From the NCBI GenBank assembly GCA_964252035.1, contig OZ176204.1: a stretch of DNA of 64,000 bases. One strand, given 5' to 3'. The first letter of the stretch is position 1; the number at the start of each line of letters is the position of its first letter. Both the position numbers and the translations under genes were made by a program. Positions 49,977-62,775 of the stretch are shown here, piece after piece. Under the pieces are notes generated by a model. That model saw only the letters and a program-made list of their open reading frames with translations, searched no databases and was not told the origin of the DNA. The stretch is from Podarcis erhardii. Its lineage: Eukaryota.

Positions 49977-50236
49977 TTGGTCCCATTGCCTGCCAACCTA
50001 GCAGTTCGAAAGCACCCTCGGGTGCAAGTAGATAAATAGGGACCGCTTACTAGCGGGAAGGTAAACGGCGTTCCGTGTGCTGAGCTGGCTCACCAGATGC
50101 AGCTTGTCAGGCTGGCCACGTGACCCAGAAGTGTCTGCAGACAGCGCTGGCCCCCGGCCTCTTAAGCGAGATGGGCGTGCAACCCTAGAGTCTGTCAAGA
50201 CTGGCCCGTGCGGGCAGGGGTACCTTGACCTTTACC
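49977..50236 (+). mobile_element. Sauria SINE, 5'-truncated, CpG-rich
   Basis: gccaacctagcagttcgaaagcac...caggggtaccttgacctttacc. Confidence 0.85.
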
Positions 50237-53200
50237 TATTCATGGTTACAGAGAGATGGACACCCAGATCATGCAAAGAGCCCTCACAGGCAGATTGTTA
50301 CTCAGAAGAAAAAAATGGTTTATTGTCATTCTCATAGACAAGAACAGAGAATTTCTAGGCTGATCACATTTATGTCCTGTTTATTGGGCTTTGACACTAT
50401 TAGGAATTCTATAACATTCTACACAGCATTAACACTGGACCTGTTTTGACTAAGCCCATATTTTTAATTTATCTCAAACTTTTTCATTTACACCAGACTT
50501 GGCATTTAATTAATATTACAAAATGATATTAATCCTGGTCCACTCTTCATAATCCCAGCTCACGCCTTTGAAACCACTGAATTAGAGGTATGCGTGAAAT
50601 AAATAGTACCATGGTGACTATTTAAGGATCGGTATAAGGAGGCTATCCTGGAAGCTGATCTTAGCCAGTTGTGAGGACCTAAGTGACTATATGTAGACTC
50701 ACAAGAAAAATAGGCATGGTTTGTTGCTTCAGAACAATAAATATTCTGTAGAAATAGCAGTGCAGAGTACCAGCACCTGGGGGAACCTTATGGAATAGCT
50801 GCTCCAGCATGCTCCTAAGGCTCATGAATCATCGTGACAGTCAGCTGGATGAGTCCGTAGGTTTGTGGCCAAGAACTTGTGATTTGACTTAATTTTAAAT
50901 CTGGCTTCTTGCCTTGAGTGATGTGAAAATAGTGCTGACGCATCTTAGATCATTCTGCAGCAGCTCTCCTAGTTGAGCCAATACTTGGCATTGATGGACT
51001 CCGAATGCACCCTCTCAGTATTCCGGACATCTGGCAAAGCTGTAGGGAATAGGAAGAGGAGGGTGTATCCTTTTTCATTTTCAGAAATGGAGGCCAAATT
51101 TAAATTTCCTCAGTACTTTTCTTTCTTGATATGTACAGTTTGAAAGAATTCAGGTTATACTTTCCCCAAACTAGAATTCAGAGGTAAGGGATTTGGTAGC
51201 ATGTTGAGTATATTGCTTGTCTGCTAAAACTAATAACACATTTTTCCTGTTGGGTTGCTTGTTTTGTTCCTGCCAAAACTATATGTGTGTTTTAATTTCC
51301 AGAGATGACTGTGACAAGCTAGATGTATATGCATTATTTGCAACAGCAGTATATTCTGGTCAAAAGGGGAAATCTGCTTATATGCACCAGGCAATAAGAA
51401 ATTACTGTCCAGTTTGGAAGGTCAGAGAGATTCTAAACTGTAGCAAAAACAACAGAGCTAGAAACACAGCTGTCAGATGACTTTGCTTGAGCTCCACCTG
51501 TTGCTTCAAATCCCCAAAGGGGAAGTGAAATCCACAGAGTTTCTGCTATGCTGAGAAGCTATGCTGAAGACTTTCCTCATTGTAAAGGTTGATTATGGTC
51601 TGTGCTTTTAGAATCATTGCTCTATCTTGTTGACCACTCTGAGAACAGGATGCTTGGCCACTTGGGCCATTGTTCTGATCCAGCAGGGCTCCTGCTCTTT
51701 GAACAGGCTTTTAGGTGAAGGAAGTTTCATCCTGCCAACTGATAGTGGATACTATGAAAGTGGCAAAGCAGAATTATAAGGGTCCAGTACTAAATTATAT
51801 TTCAAATGTAGCAGTTTCCTTCTGAATTTGTAGACTATTCCTTTGTGATTATGGCTATTGTACTTTCTCTTGTGCTTATTTATATTCAACAAATCCCTGT
51901 TGGCATGGTGTATCACAGACTAAACAGGCATATGGTTGTTTGTTCATTTTATTCCGTAAAATTAAATGCCACCTGATTGTAAAAAAAGCCCCATGTTCTG
52001 CTGTGTATATTTCTAAGGCTCCAATAGTAGTGAAGCATCTTTTGAAGAAATTCTTTAGTGACCTGTTGTGATAAACAGAATGCTTTCTGCCCATAATTGG
52101 AAGCAAGATGACTCCATAGTCAGAAGATCCATTGACCTAGGAGAAACACAGTGGATTGAAATTTCCAACCCTGGTTCTGCTCCATTGGTTCTAGTAAAGT
52201 ACCTGCAGGATATTTACAGTGAGATTATAAAACCAAATCTTAATTTTGAGGGCTGGCAGCAAAAGCCCATGGCTTCAGCCCCCTAGCTGGTGGCTAGCTT
52301 GTCCCCCATTTATGAATGTACTTAGGTGGCTCCCAACTGTTTACAAGACAGCAGAGGTGAGATCTTTGATTGACAAGTTAGAAATGCATTCGATCATTCC
52401 CTCTGCCAGTCTCTGGTTCATGCTGTTAAAAATGTCAGCCTCTCCAAGTTTGAATGGCAGCCCGAGGGCCTCCAAAGCTTTTTGTTTTCTGAGATGGAAA
52501 CACAAATTGGATGTGTGCCTGAGCGCTCCATCCTGGGCTGTAATTTCATCTTTTAGCTAAGAACCACAAGGTACATGAACAAAGCACCCTGTAAACAATA
52601 ATACTGGAGAAAAAAATAAACAAGGTCGTGTTTCTGGTACGTTGATCCACTGGTGTCCTGACCTCTATCACGTTGAACATCTCCTCTCTGATTGCTGCTC
52701 CCTCTGGCATTTCAATGAGAGGGAGAGGCTGACATAGGGGATTTACCAAGATTTAAAGTTGCAGTGGTGGTGTTCATTCCTTGTATTGGCTATGAAATAT
52801 TGAACTGCCATAGTCTGTGACACTCAGTTTTAAGCAATGGTCCTAGTTTGAAAGGGACACTCTTCAGGCTGGGAGATTCTCTTTTTTCTTCCTCCCCCCA
52901 CAAACCCCTCTCCCTCCCTGACAGAACTGAAAGTAGTAACTGTGAAGGACAGAAATGAAACGAAATCAGCAGTTTGATATTCATACCTAAACATATCCAT
53001 GGTGGCTAAAGATTAGCTGTACAGGAGTTTATAGAGCAAAATGAATGAATACATTGCCCGAGGGAATGTATAGTTGAGATGTGTGTGCTGTGCTATTTAA
53101 AGAATAATAAAAGGGGGGAGGTTTATACCCTTTACTTTTACCCTCTCTGAAATTCACTAGGTAGACATGACACATGTGAAAGGTACACTGCAAGCAAGTG

Positions 53201-53237
53201 ATTATCTAGCACTTCTAGTGGGGTGGGATGGGTGGGA

Positions 53238-53289
53238 TTCCTTCCTTCCTTCCTTCCTTCCTTCCTTCCTTCCTTCCTTCCTTCCTTCC
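53238..53289. repeat. (TTCC)13 microsatellite
   Basis: Direct read. Confidence 0.97.
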
Positions 53290-53470
53290 TGTTCAGTTCT
53301 CACTCTTGCCAAGCTAGGACAAGTGCAGGAAACCCTGCAGTATCTGTTGGCATAACTTGTTATATGTTGCAAGAAAAGCTGTGTTTGTGTCAAAAACTGA
53401 AGATGCAAAAAGTTGTACAGAAGCTACTGATCTCTGCTGCTGCTTCCCTGACCTTGACTACTGTCTGTAG

Positions 53471-53824
53471 AAAAGGTAAAGGTAAAGAGACCCCTGACCA
53501 TTAGGTCCAGTCACGGATGACTCTGGGGTTGCGGCACTCATCTTGCTTTACTGGCCGAGGGAGCCAACATACAGCTAGTTAGGTCATGTGGCCAGCATGA
53601 CTAAACATGACGAACCAGAGCAGTGCACAGAAATGCTGTTTACCTTCCTGCCAGAGCGATACCTATTTGTCTACTTGCACTTTGACATGCTTTCGAACTG
53701 TTAGGTGGGCAGGAGCAGGGACCAAGCAATGGGAGCTCACCCCGTGGCGGGGATTTGAACCACCGACCTTCTGATCGGCAAGCCCTAGGCTCTATGGTTT
53801 AACCCACAGCGCCACCCACGTCCC
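53471..53824 (-). mobile_element. Sauria SINE, full length
   Basis: Reverse complement of the 7021 copy; TCTGTA near both ends. Confidence 0.9.
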
Positions 53825-54155
53825 TCTGTACGTGGCTCACAACCATGTTGTTCCATAGTGAGGGTATCTTCTGTAGTATTCAGTTTTGCCAAGGTAGTGT
53901 ATTCCAAGATAGATAAGCTGCTGTTTGGAAGAAGGAGAGGAACGTAATTGTTTCAGGATTGTGTGATGTTGAAAAACACAAACCCTGACCATTGACTATG
54001 CTGGCTGGGGCTGATGGGAGTTTTAGTCCAAAACATCAGGAGATTATCAAAGTGACCAGCCATGCACTATATTATCAACGTTGTAAGGTGTGTCTTTTCT
54101 AAAAAGTAAAATTTTGCTCACAGTTTTTTACCTCTGCCCCACCCTCCAACTAGCA

Positions 54156-54661
54156 CAGGGGTCTGCAACCTTTAAGACAAAAAGAGCCACTTGGACCCGT
54201 TTCCAAAGAAAAAAACCTGGGAGCCGCAAAACTCGTCATTATAAAAATAACTTTTTTGTCACTTTTTTAATTATTTCTTTGTTTGACCCCTCAGAATAAC
54301 TCCTCCTCATAGAAATAAACGTTAAATTAACAAGTTACCTTTTTTGTGTGTGTGTGTGTGTGTGTGTGTTCTTCACTCCCCTTCAAAACAGTGACCAGCG
54401 TACATGCCCCCTTTTAATGCAGTGACCAGCGTACATGCCCCTTACAATGTAGCGGGCGGGCGGGAAGGTGACGTCGGGACGGTGCATGACTAACGCACGC
54501 ACTGCCCCCATGCGACGTCACAGCCAGTACAGCGCCTGCCACAGTGGGGAGTGTCGGGGCGCACAATGCGCCTCCTCCCCTTGCTAGTATCTGCCCCGGA
54601 GCCACGACAAAGGTGTAAAAGAGCCACATGCGGCTCCAGAGCCGTGGGTTGCAGACCCCTG
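54156..54661. mobile_element. hAT non-autonomous element, young
   Basis: Perfect 15-bp TIR CAGGGGTCTGCAACC and perfect 8-bp TSD AACTAGCA (54148-54155, 54662-54669). Confidence 0.93.
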
Positions 54662-55304
54662 AACTAGCATGTTCCTGATCACTTCTCACATGTTTATCAC
54701 TTCAACACTAGGGTGGTATTCAACACATACTCAGAGAAGACCCATAGTAGTTAATGGACTTGACTAAGTTTGGGTCATTAGGTCTGTGCTGAGTAGGACC
54801 TGGTTGAATTCAACCCTAATGTTACAAATTTTGCATTAAATGTAATGGTAAAAATGGGCCCTGTTCTTGGGGAAATCCTCCTCACCACACAAGCATTGGC
54901 ACAAATTACAAAGAGCCAATAATATACAGATGGCTTCTCCAATAGAATAACCCTAGTTTCAACCCTTCATGAATTGCCAGCCTTGTATAATATGCATTGT
55001 TCTTCCTGAGATGCTGAATTCAAAGGGCTTGCTAGTAGGGGACCTTGATCATGTTTAAAAGGAAACCTCCTGTGTCCACAAGAGTGGATTTTCCTTCTTT
55101 TCCTTGTTAGAAGTCAGAAAGCTATTCTGACAAATGACATATGTAGTGCCAACCGGATGGGGTACAGGTACTCTTAAAGCTAGCTCCGAGTTCCCGAGGA
55201 TTGGTGAACATCTGCTTAGAGGTATTGCAGAGCCCCACAATGCACTAATTGAATTACTCTTTTTCTGGAGTTGCAGACTGTGCTAATTGAATTAGAACCA
55301 GCTA

Positions 55305-55306
<2 letters not shown>

Positions 55307-55388
<82 letters not shown>
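55307..55388. repeat. Compound (GT)15(GA)26 microsatellite
   Basis: Direct read. Confidence 0.97.
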
Positions 55389-55391
<3 letters not shown>

Positions 55392-57674
55392 GAGCAAAAG
55401 CAAAGCTGTGCAGGAAAAGAATGGAGGGAGATGCATGTGGAGAGATCATGCGTACTGTGCTGCTGCCTAATGGTCATTGGTGGTACTGTGCAACTGCAAG
55501 AAAGAGAGAGCACCTTGTCCTTTAAACATGAGGAAGGAGTAGCAGAATTGATGCTCCAATGATTCCAGCACAAGTTTTTTGAACTTCACGTTTCAGTAAT
55601 GAGAGTGGGCTTTAGTGATTACAACAGTTTTTTGTTTTAAAAAGCCCTTGCCTTTAAAACGTAGCTGCACCGCATGTACTTCCTTAGATTGTAGACTACC
55701 CTATTCTTGCAAATATTTATCACCTTAAATGCTCTCAGTTCCTTTATGTTTCATAGCAGAACATGGATTTGGCATGTGCTACATGGAAAACTCCTGTTAA
55801 ACGCAGAAATAGGTGTACCCTGTTCTCCTGCTAGTAAAGCCAGTGCCAGGGCATTCTGTTAACGTATTTGCTAAAGACATTGCTTGTAATTGCAAGAGTA
55901 TCTTTTCCTTATATCTCTGATGAAACAACAACTGATTAAAAAATTTAAATTTACCAGAAATTGAAAGTTTTGATAACGCTTAATTGTATTTCCTTTTAAG
56001 TCATGGTTGGTTACAGATTTAGTGTTCCATATAGAACTGACATCATGCCTCATTCCAAACAAGTACAGATAAATGTGGGTAAACTGTAGCTTTCTTCTTG
56101 CAGATGAGATCTAGGTGTCAGTGAACCCCTTCACAGTATACTTTCCGGAGCCTTTCAGCCTATAAATATAGTCACACTTGTCTTATTAATGGACTGAGTC
56201 TTCAAAGCTGTTGGTTTTGATGCAAAAATAGCTAAATATATTTATGGATTTACTTAAGATAATTGAGTAATTGCAGTGTGAAATGGGAAATTCTGCTAAT
56301 TCCCACAATGCTATTTCTTGGATTAATGGTTCTTGCAAAATAATCTTTCAATGGATCTAATAGAGGCTTTGCAATGGTAAAGCTTCATTTCTACAAGTTT
56401 TACGTCATAATTATGGACAATGTAAATATAAAGCATTGTAAATCTACAACTGTTCTGAGTTTACCACTAACTTGGTAAATGAAAATCTGAAGTTGCAGTT
56501 AGTTCCAAACTTTGGTGAATTGAGCTTTGCTGAGATATTCATTCAAGTAGAACTTTAATGGGTGATTCATTCTGTGGGATGATCTAGAATCAGAATGACT
56601 CAGACTTTGATGGTTTCCTTTTCAGCCCAGCCCTAAACATTTAAAATACAGTAAATTCAACTGTGTTCAGTAGTACTTTTTTCTTATAAAGTATGCCTAG
56701 GGCTGCAGTTACTACTAGGCCTTGTTCTTTCAGAGGTCGTACCACTGCAGACTGCAAGTGTGGGCCTCACATGACTGAATCATGCTACTTTATACAGTTT
56801 TCTATCCCCCGTCCAGTCACACTGGACACAAGCATGTCAGGGAAATGGTCGGGCTAGAATCTTCCTCCTAACATCTGATTTGCTATGTGGAGGCAATTTT
56901 AGTATGGTACAGTCTAGGCATAAGCTTACTAATTTAGTGAGAATTAGGCTCAGTACACATTCGCTTGGGTGTAGATTCTTAGGCACTAGCCACAGTTTTA
57001 AATGTATGGGATTTCTTCCCCAAATTTGCTTTAAATAAATTTCTGTTGGATTAATTTTCAACATACAAACGTTGCTTTAGGTTTAGGTGCATACACCTAC
57101 CCCTTCAAATGGTGCATCAGCAAACACAGTTTCCAGGTTTCTATTTGCATAGGGTTTTGTGGAAGAGAAATCTCTGAAAAACCTGTGTGCCACTAAGCTG
57201 AAATGTTAATTTGCCAATCCCAAATAAATAGCATGAAGCAGTTTTTAAAAGGAGGGTATTTGTATATTTATAGTGCTACCCTTCAAGAATACAGTCTTAA
57301 TTTTGTGGAACCTACAGGTAAAACATGAGTTGTAAAGTTGAAGCACCTTATTACTCCATCATTTAGCAGAATACTATTTGGCATGGGTATCATTCATTAA
57401 TTTCAGTGAAACATTATTTTTTAAAGAAGCCTCACTGCCTCCTGCCGGTTGGTGTTTACAGAAACGAGTATTTTCTACAGAAAGTCCGAGTCCCCTTAAT
57501 GCCTGTAGGGGAGAGTTAAGTTGTAAGTGGTAAAGAATCCATTTCATACACTGTGCAAAAAGCTTTTTTAAAATAATCTATTTCTGAACCTAAATTGTCC
57601 TGGGACCAGCTCTTGATATAAAAATTCATAGAAACCTGTTTTTTTTCCCTGAGTGTGGTAACTCCTTGCCTTAG

Positions 57675-57830
57675 NNNNNNNNNNNNNNNNNNNNNNNNNN
57701 NNNNNNNNNNNNNNNNNNNNNNNNNNNNNNNNNNNNNNNNNNNNNNNNNNNNNNNNNNNNNNNNNNNNNNNNNNNNNNNNNNNNNNNNNNNNNNNNNNNN
57801 NNNNNNNNNNNNNNNNNNNNNNNNNNNNNN
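57675..57830. other. Assembly gap (156 N)
   Basis: N run. Confidence 0.99.
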
Positions 57831-60800
57831 GAATACAATTACAAATAGCACCCTTAGTATTTCTGGTGGCGAGGGTAAAATACAGCATGTTAATGTAAGT
57901 TGTTGTGTGGGGGTTTTTTTAAGTTGGCTTTGCAAGAGATTGGAGATCTGAAGCAGCAGGGGGACAGGGACCTTAAATGTATAATTGGATTTGCATGTAA
58001 TTCCAGGGCAGCTTGCATGTGTACCCTGTTCTCTACAGTGAGGAAGCACAAGCTCGGGTTTGTGTGTTGCCATTGTCACACCTTTTCCTCTAGGTTTCCA
58101 GCTAGTCCTATACACCTCCAAGATGAAACTCAGTCATGTATTGTGTCTAATGGCAAAAGTGCAGCTAGTGGTTGCTTTCTACAATAGAGTACAGTATAAT
58201 TAGCTGCCCTGGCAAGAGTAATTTGGGGGATGGAAGACCAGGGTATCTTTTAAGATCACGGTGAATAGTACAGTGGCTTAGTAAATATTGATCTGCCTCT
58301 GGGCTGCTCTGTATAGGAACTACAGTTGAAAATGCAAGGTGCTAGGTAAGAGGGAAACCATTGTTAGCCTTAGATATCTTGACTTTATTCTACTGATAAC
58401 ATACCTAAATAAAATTTCATAAAGTTCCAGGGTTGTTGTTTTTTTAACATAATAATTCTCAATCCGTTAGGCATCATAGCTTTAGTATAAATTGCAGCTA
58501 CTTCAATTTACATAATAATTTCCTTTGTATAGGATAATTTCCAGTCTCTCTTATTCCATATTAAATACATTAATCTAATTTACATTCACAATTGTTCTAA
58601 ATACTTCATTCTTAAATTTCATCATGGTAATTAAGCATTTATAAATGAGTGACTCAAAATTCAAAACAATAATTAAAGAGTATTCCAGATTCTTGTTACC
58701 AATGCCTCTATTGGAGCTGGAGCTTCCATTCCTGACATATGGTCATCTAGGCTGCTGTTAATAGATGGGTTGTCATCTCAACATCTTCTTGCAGTGTGGC
58801 ATCTAAACAATATACCTAAAGGTGTGGTGGGACTGCAGCACTCTCCTGACCTCCATCCCGTTGAGTTGCTGCAGCCTATGAGGACAGAAAGGATGAAAGG
58901 TGTGACAACAAGTGCATGATGGTGCAAACACAACAGTGGAACCAGTCATGCTGGCGTGTTTGCACTATACTGACCTTGCTGCTGCTGCACGCCTCCCTTT
59001 TTCCATTCTGGTATGCTGCAGCGACTCAGCAAGAAGGAGGTGAACGGCGCAGCCCCACGAATGATGCCATCTACTGCTGCCTGAAGGGTCTTTGGTCATT
59101 TGCATTCAGTGATAGCTCTTATTTCCATCAAGACTGAGTTCCAATGTTCTAGTTTTGGACATGTCCAAACAACAGCAATAGCAACAACAATGGAATGGTG
59201 TTTGACAGCACCAGCACGTAAGAATAGCTTTCTGAATCATGCCAGTGTCCCATGTAGTCCATCATACTGTTCTAACAGTATCCAACCAGATGCTTACAAC
59301 CACATATTTCATACATTAGAATAAATTATATTTAGTCTTGTGGACATTGAGTACCTTCTGAATAACAGGAATGAAAAGAGGAACCCTCAGCCAATGTGTC
59401 TATCTGTCTCTGTCCTCAACCACACTCCTTTCTTTTTTATAAGTTCAGTGACAACATTGCACATATAATTTGTTAGAAGTTTAGCAAGTAAACAATGTCA
59501 GACGCTTCTGAACCCAGTATCAGCCATTTCAAAAGGCACCCTAAGCACCTTATTTTCTTAGATTTATACTGTCTTTCTTCCACCATGGAGTCCAAGGCAA
59601 TGCCCCATCCATGTACTGAAACAGATCTCCTTTGCAAGGTGGGGGTCTCATGTGCCTGACATACCCTAACCAAGACATTTAGAAGGTTATCCTTTATTGT
59701 GGCAGCTTTTTGTAAACTGCAGCCTACTTTCTATGCAGGAAGTTTCCTGTCTACTGTGCTCATCTGATGTCATTGATTGGAGTCTACAAAGGCTCATGTT
59801 GCACTTCATCAGATACTCTCTGTGGCCAGGAAACTTCCTGCATTTGAAGTAGGCTGTGGTCTACAAGTGCTTATGCCACACCAAATTTGTTTATTTTTTC
59901 AGTCCTGCACAATTTTGTCATATTGGCTGCAGCTGGATAATTTAACTTCTTCCCTGCACATTTGTTTCTGCACATGGCAATTCAAGGTGATCAGCTGACG
60001 CATCCCTATAGAAATGAACTGCACTTGCATCTGTTCAGTTCTTTTCAGCATTGGATTCCAAGGGGGAAGATGGAGATTTCCTGAGATTATAGATTTCTTA
60101 AATTTAATCTGGGCTGATGAATTGATTTACAACAGCAAAATGTGCACCAAATGCTTATTCAACAAAGCTTACTATTCCTAAGAGTTTTAAATTCAGAAAT
60201 GGTAGAATAAGAAAAAAAGACACGAAGAAGCCTGAAAAGAATGAGGCTGACTCGGCCAAGGTTTTCACATTGAAGCTTCATTTGGGGGTTGGGTGATCTG
60301 CTAGATATCCTCTTGCTGAAGTGTGAGTCTTCAAGGAATTATTTAGCTTAAAATAAAGCTTTCGGAATCAAGATGTAAAATTTCTGGTAACGTTGAAGCT
60401 ATTAACATTTTAGGAATGGGTGAGATTGAAGTATATCTCACACAGTAGTAAAGCATGTTGCAAATAAGAACATGAAATGAGTTATGCCTAATTTAGGTAG
60501 CACATAATATCTTTCACTTCATTTAAAATTATACATCCTTTAAGGGTTTTTTTTAAAGAAACTCAAACAATAATTACAAATATACCTAGTGTTAGAGAAT
60601 GAATTCTGCACTCTTCACGTACCTAAGTGCATTATCTAAGCATTTAGCAAATAGGATGCAAAATAAAATAGAAAGTGAAAGTCATCTATATTGTTAAAAA
60701 CAGAGAGGAAGGTCTATATGTGTTTATCTGTTAGAAATAGACTGTAGACCTCAATATGGCCTTGCCCAAATGAAAGAAACATCTGGCCATGGAGAAGTTC

Positions 60801-61689
60801 TGAAAAGGAATTAACAGACCACATTAAATGAATATTTTGTCAAACTGTTTAACCATGTTGTTATAGCAATCACACTGTTTTTAAACAGAAAGTGCCATCA
60901 CTTAGTAATGGTCATACTAGTTGCAGACAAAACTAGCCATCTTGAACCAGTGTGTCCATGTCCATATACAAAGATTATTTCTCCTCTGATTGGAATTTGT
61001 ACATTGAAAGACACACAGTTTCTGGTTTATTTTTTGTTCCTTTCTCCAGATTTTGTAAATTTAATTCCCCTCAACCCTCCCCTTGGGCCTCAGAAAAATG
61101 GTGGTGTGACTAGAACCTCATTTCCTGCTTTTTTTCCTGGACTGCAATGCAGTGACTATATAGCCCTCCTTTTTGCCTTGCTCTTGCCCCCAACTACTTT
61201 ATGATGTCACTTCATTACTAAAATCTGATCAGCTTTAAAGCTCAGGTTTCCCCCGCTTCCAAATTATAATGTGTGTGAATTTTTGACTCAAAATCCCAAC
61301 GACCGGAAGGTACATATGAGTGCTGTAAGATGCTTAAGTGCTTGTTTGGGCACAAGAAATTCTGTATCTTTCATTATTGAACCAGCATCTATTAAATGTA
61401 TTCCAGGATTAGTTTTCTATTTGAATGTGCAGAAAAAGATGCTTAAATTCCATGACATGCATTTTTGTAAAGCTTCAGTTGAGATAACCACACAGAGTTC
61501 TGATCAGAAATGCTTCTGTCACCCTAAAATAAACAAAGCAAAATCAGTTTTCTCATCTGTGTGCCTCAAGTGAGTTGTAATGAACTCATATTGGTCTCTT
61601 GGCTTTCCAAAACTGTTTTGAGCCTTCCGAGTTTGTCTTGCTCTGACGTTTATCCCATGTGGCAAAGCAGAGTCTTGCATAATCACTCC

Positions 61690-62100
61690 ACTTTAATCAA
61701 TAGAATAATTGATAAACCAGCTAAGATTTAAACTGATTATCTCCCCAGTGGAACTCCCCTAGGGGCCTGGGCCTCTCTAAATTTTTGACGTCTGTTGTGT
61801 ACCTTATGTATGAAGTGTGGTTTGAATTATCTGTTTTTATTTGCTTAATGATGGGAGGGTGTTAAAGTCAAATGTTTAATTAACCCAGCAATGGGCTGCG
61901 CTGTCTCTTACACACGCACCCAGCTGATTGAGATCTCTCTCGGAGAATACTGAATAGGAAGGATAATGTGGCACTCAGACGGAAGATTGCTTTTTCAATC
62001 CATTTGCTGGGTCACTGCTTTGAATGTCTTATTGGATGAAAGGCATTCAGCCCAAGGGAGGGGGGGGAGCCCTGCATTTAAGTACATTTTGTTTCTCTCC
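61690..62100. promoter_or_regulatory. Candidate conserved intronic enhancer
   Basis: Dense TAAT/TGAT/GATA motifs, retained CpGs, no repeat signature. Confidence 0.4.
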
Positions 62101-62643
62101 TGGTCCCCTCCCCACCCAGAAGTTAACTAAAACAGATATGTTGTAGGTTTAATAGGCCATTCATGTCCAAGCAAGGGAGTGTGAATAGTGGCTTTTAATA
62201 CACCCTGGCTTAAAGCTGTACAGTTTTCTTTAAAAACCAAAAATCTGACTGGCCTTTAGGTACAAGAGCTGTTCTGTACAAATATTCCTGCCTTCCACGT
62301 TGCTGTAGTTTGATGGAACCAAAGGGAAACTAACATCCCTGTCTCAGTCAGTGAGGAAATGTTTATTCCTTTGGAAACCATTATTTTGATGGATAGATTG
62401 CTTTCTAAAGTTAGATTTTGTTAATTGAAACCCTTGTTTTTAAGGATTCGATCATAGTGATGTAGAGGGGTACACCATAGTAAAATAGCAGCGGATAAAC
62501 GGCACAATAGAGGAACAATGCCTCATAAGTTGGCAACATGATTTGATTTGCATGGAATTTTGCTCCATGCTGGGTGAAGTATGTTTGATTTCCCCCGCAA
62601 CTTTTGCTTTGGAATCATCCATATGCTGTATCCTGAAAACAGA

Positions 62644-62775
62644 TTACAGATAGGTAGCCGTGTTGGTCTGCCATAGTCAAAACAAAAAAAATTCCTTCCA
62701 GTAGCACCTTAAAGACCAACTAAGTCAGTTCTTGGTATGAGCTTTCGTGTGCATGCACACTTCTTCAGATACACA
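62644..62775. mobile_element. Penelope-like element terminus, same young family as 15118-15352
   Basis: Near-identical to the upstream copy (one substitution seen). 11-bp direct repeat CTGAAAACAGA at 62633-62643 and 62776-62786. Confidence 0.8.
62735..62772 (-). ncRNA. Minimal type I hammerhead ribozyme motif in the Penelope terminus
   Basis: Minus strand GUAU-CUGAAGA-A-GUGUG CAUG CACAC-GAAA-GC-UC^AUAC: conserved core, stem II, 4-bp stem I, stem III reduced to palindromic AGCU. Confidence 0.75.

Noticed and set aside
55311-55573. ORFs with CVCV, RERE, SLSL and THTH runs
   Set aside because: Translations of the (GT)n(GA)n microsatellite.
57516-58121. 201-aa ORF and other X-containing ORFs
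   Set aside because: Artefacts of translating through N gaps (also at 11.2 kb and 25 kb).
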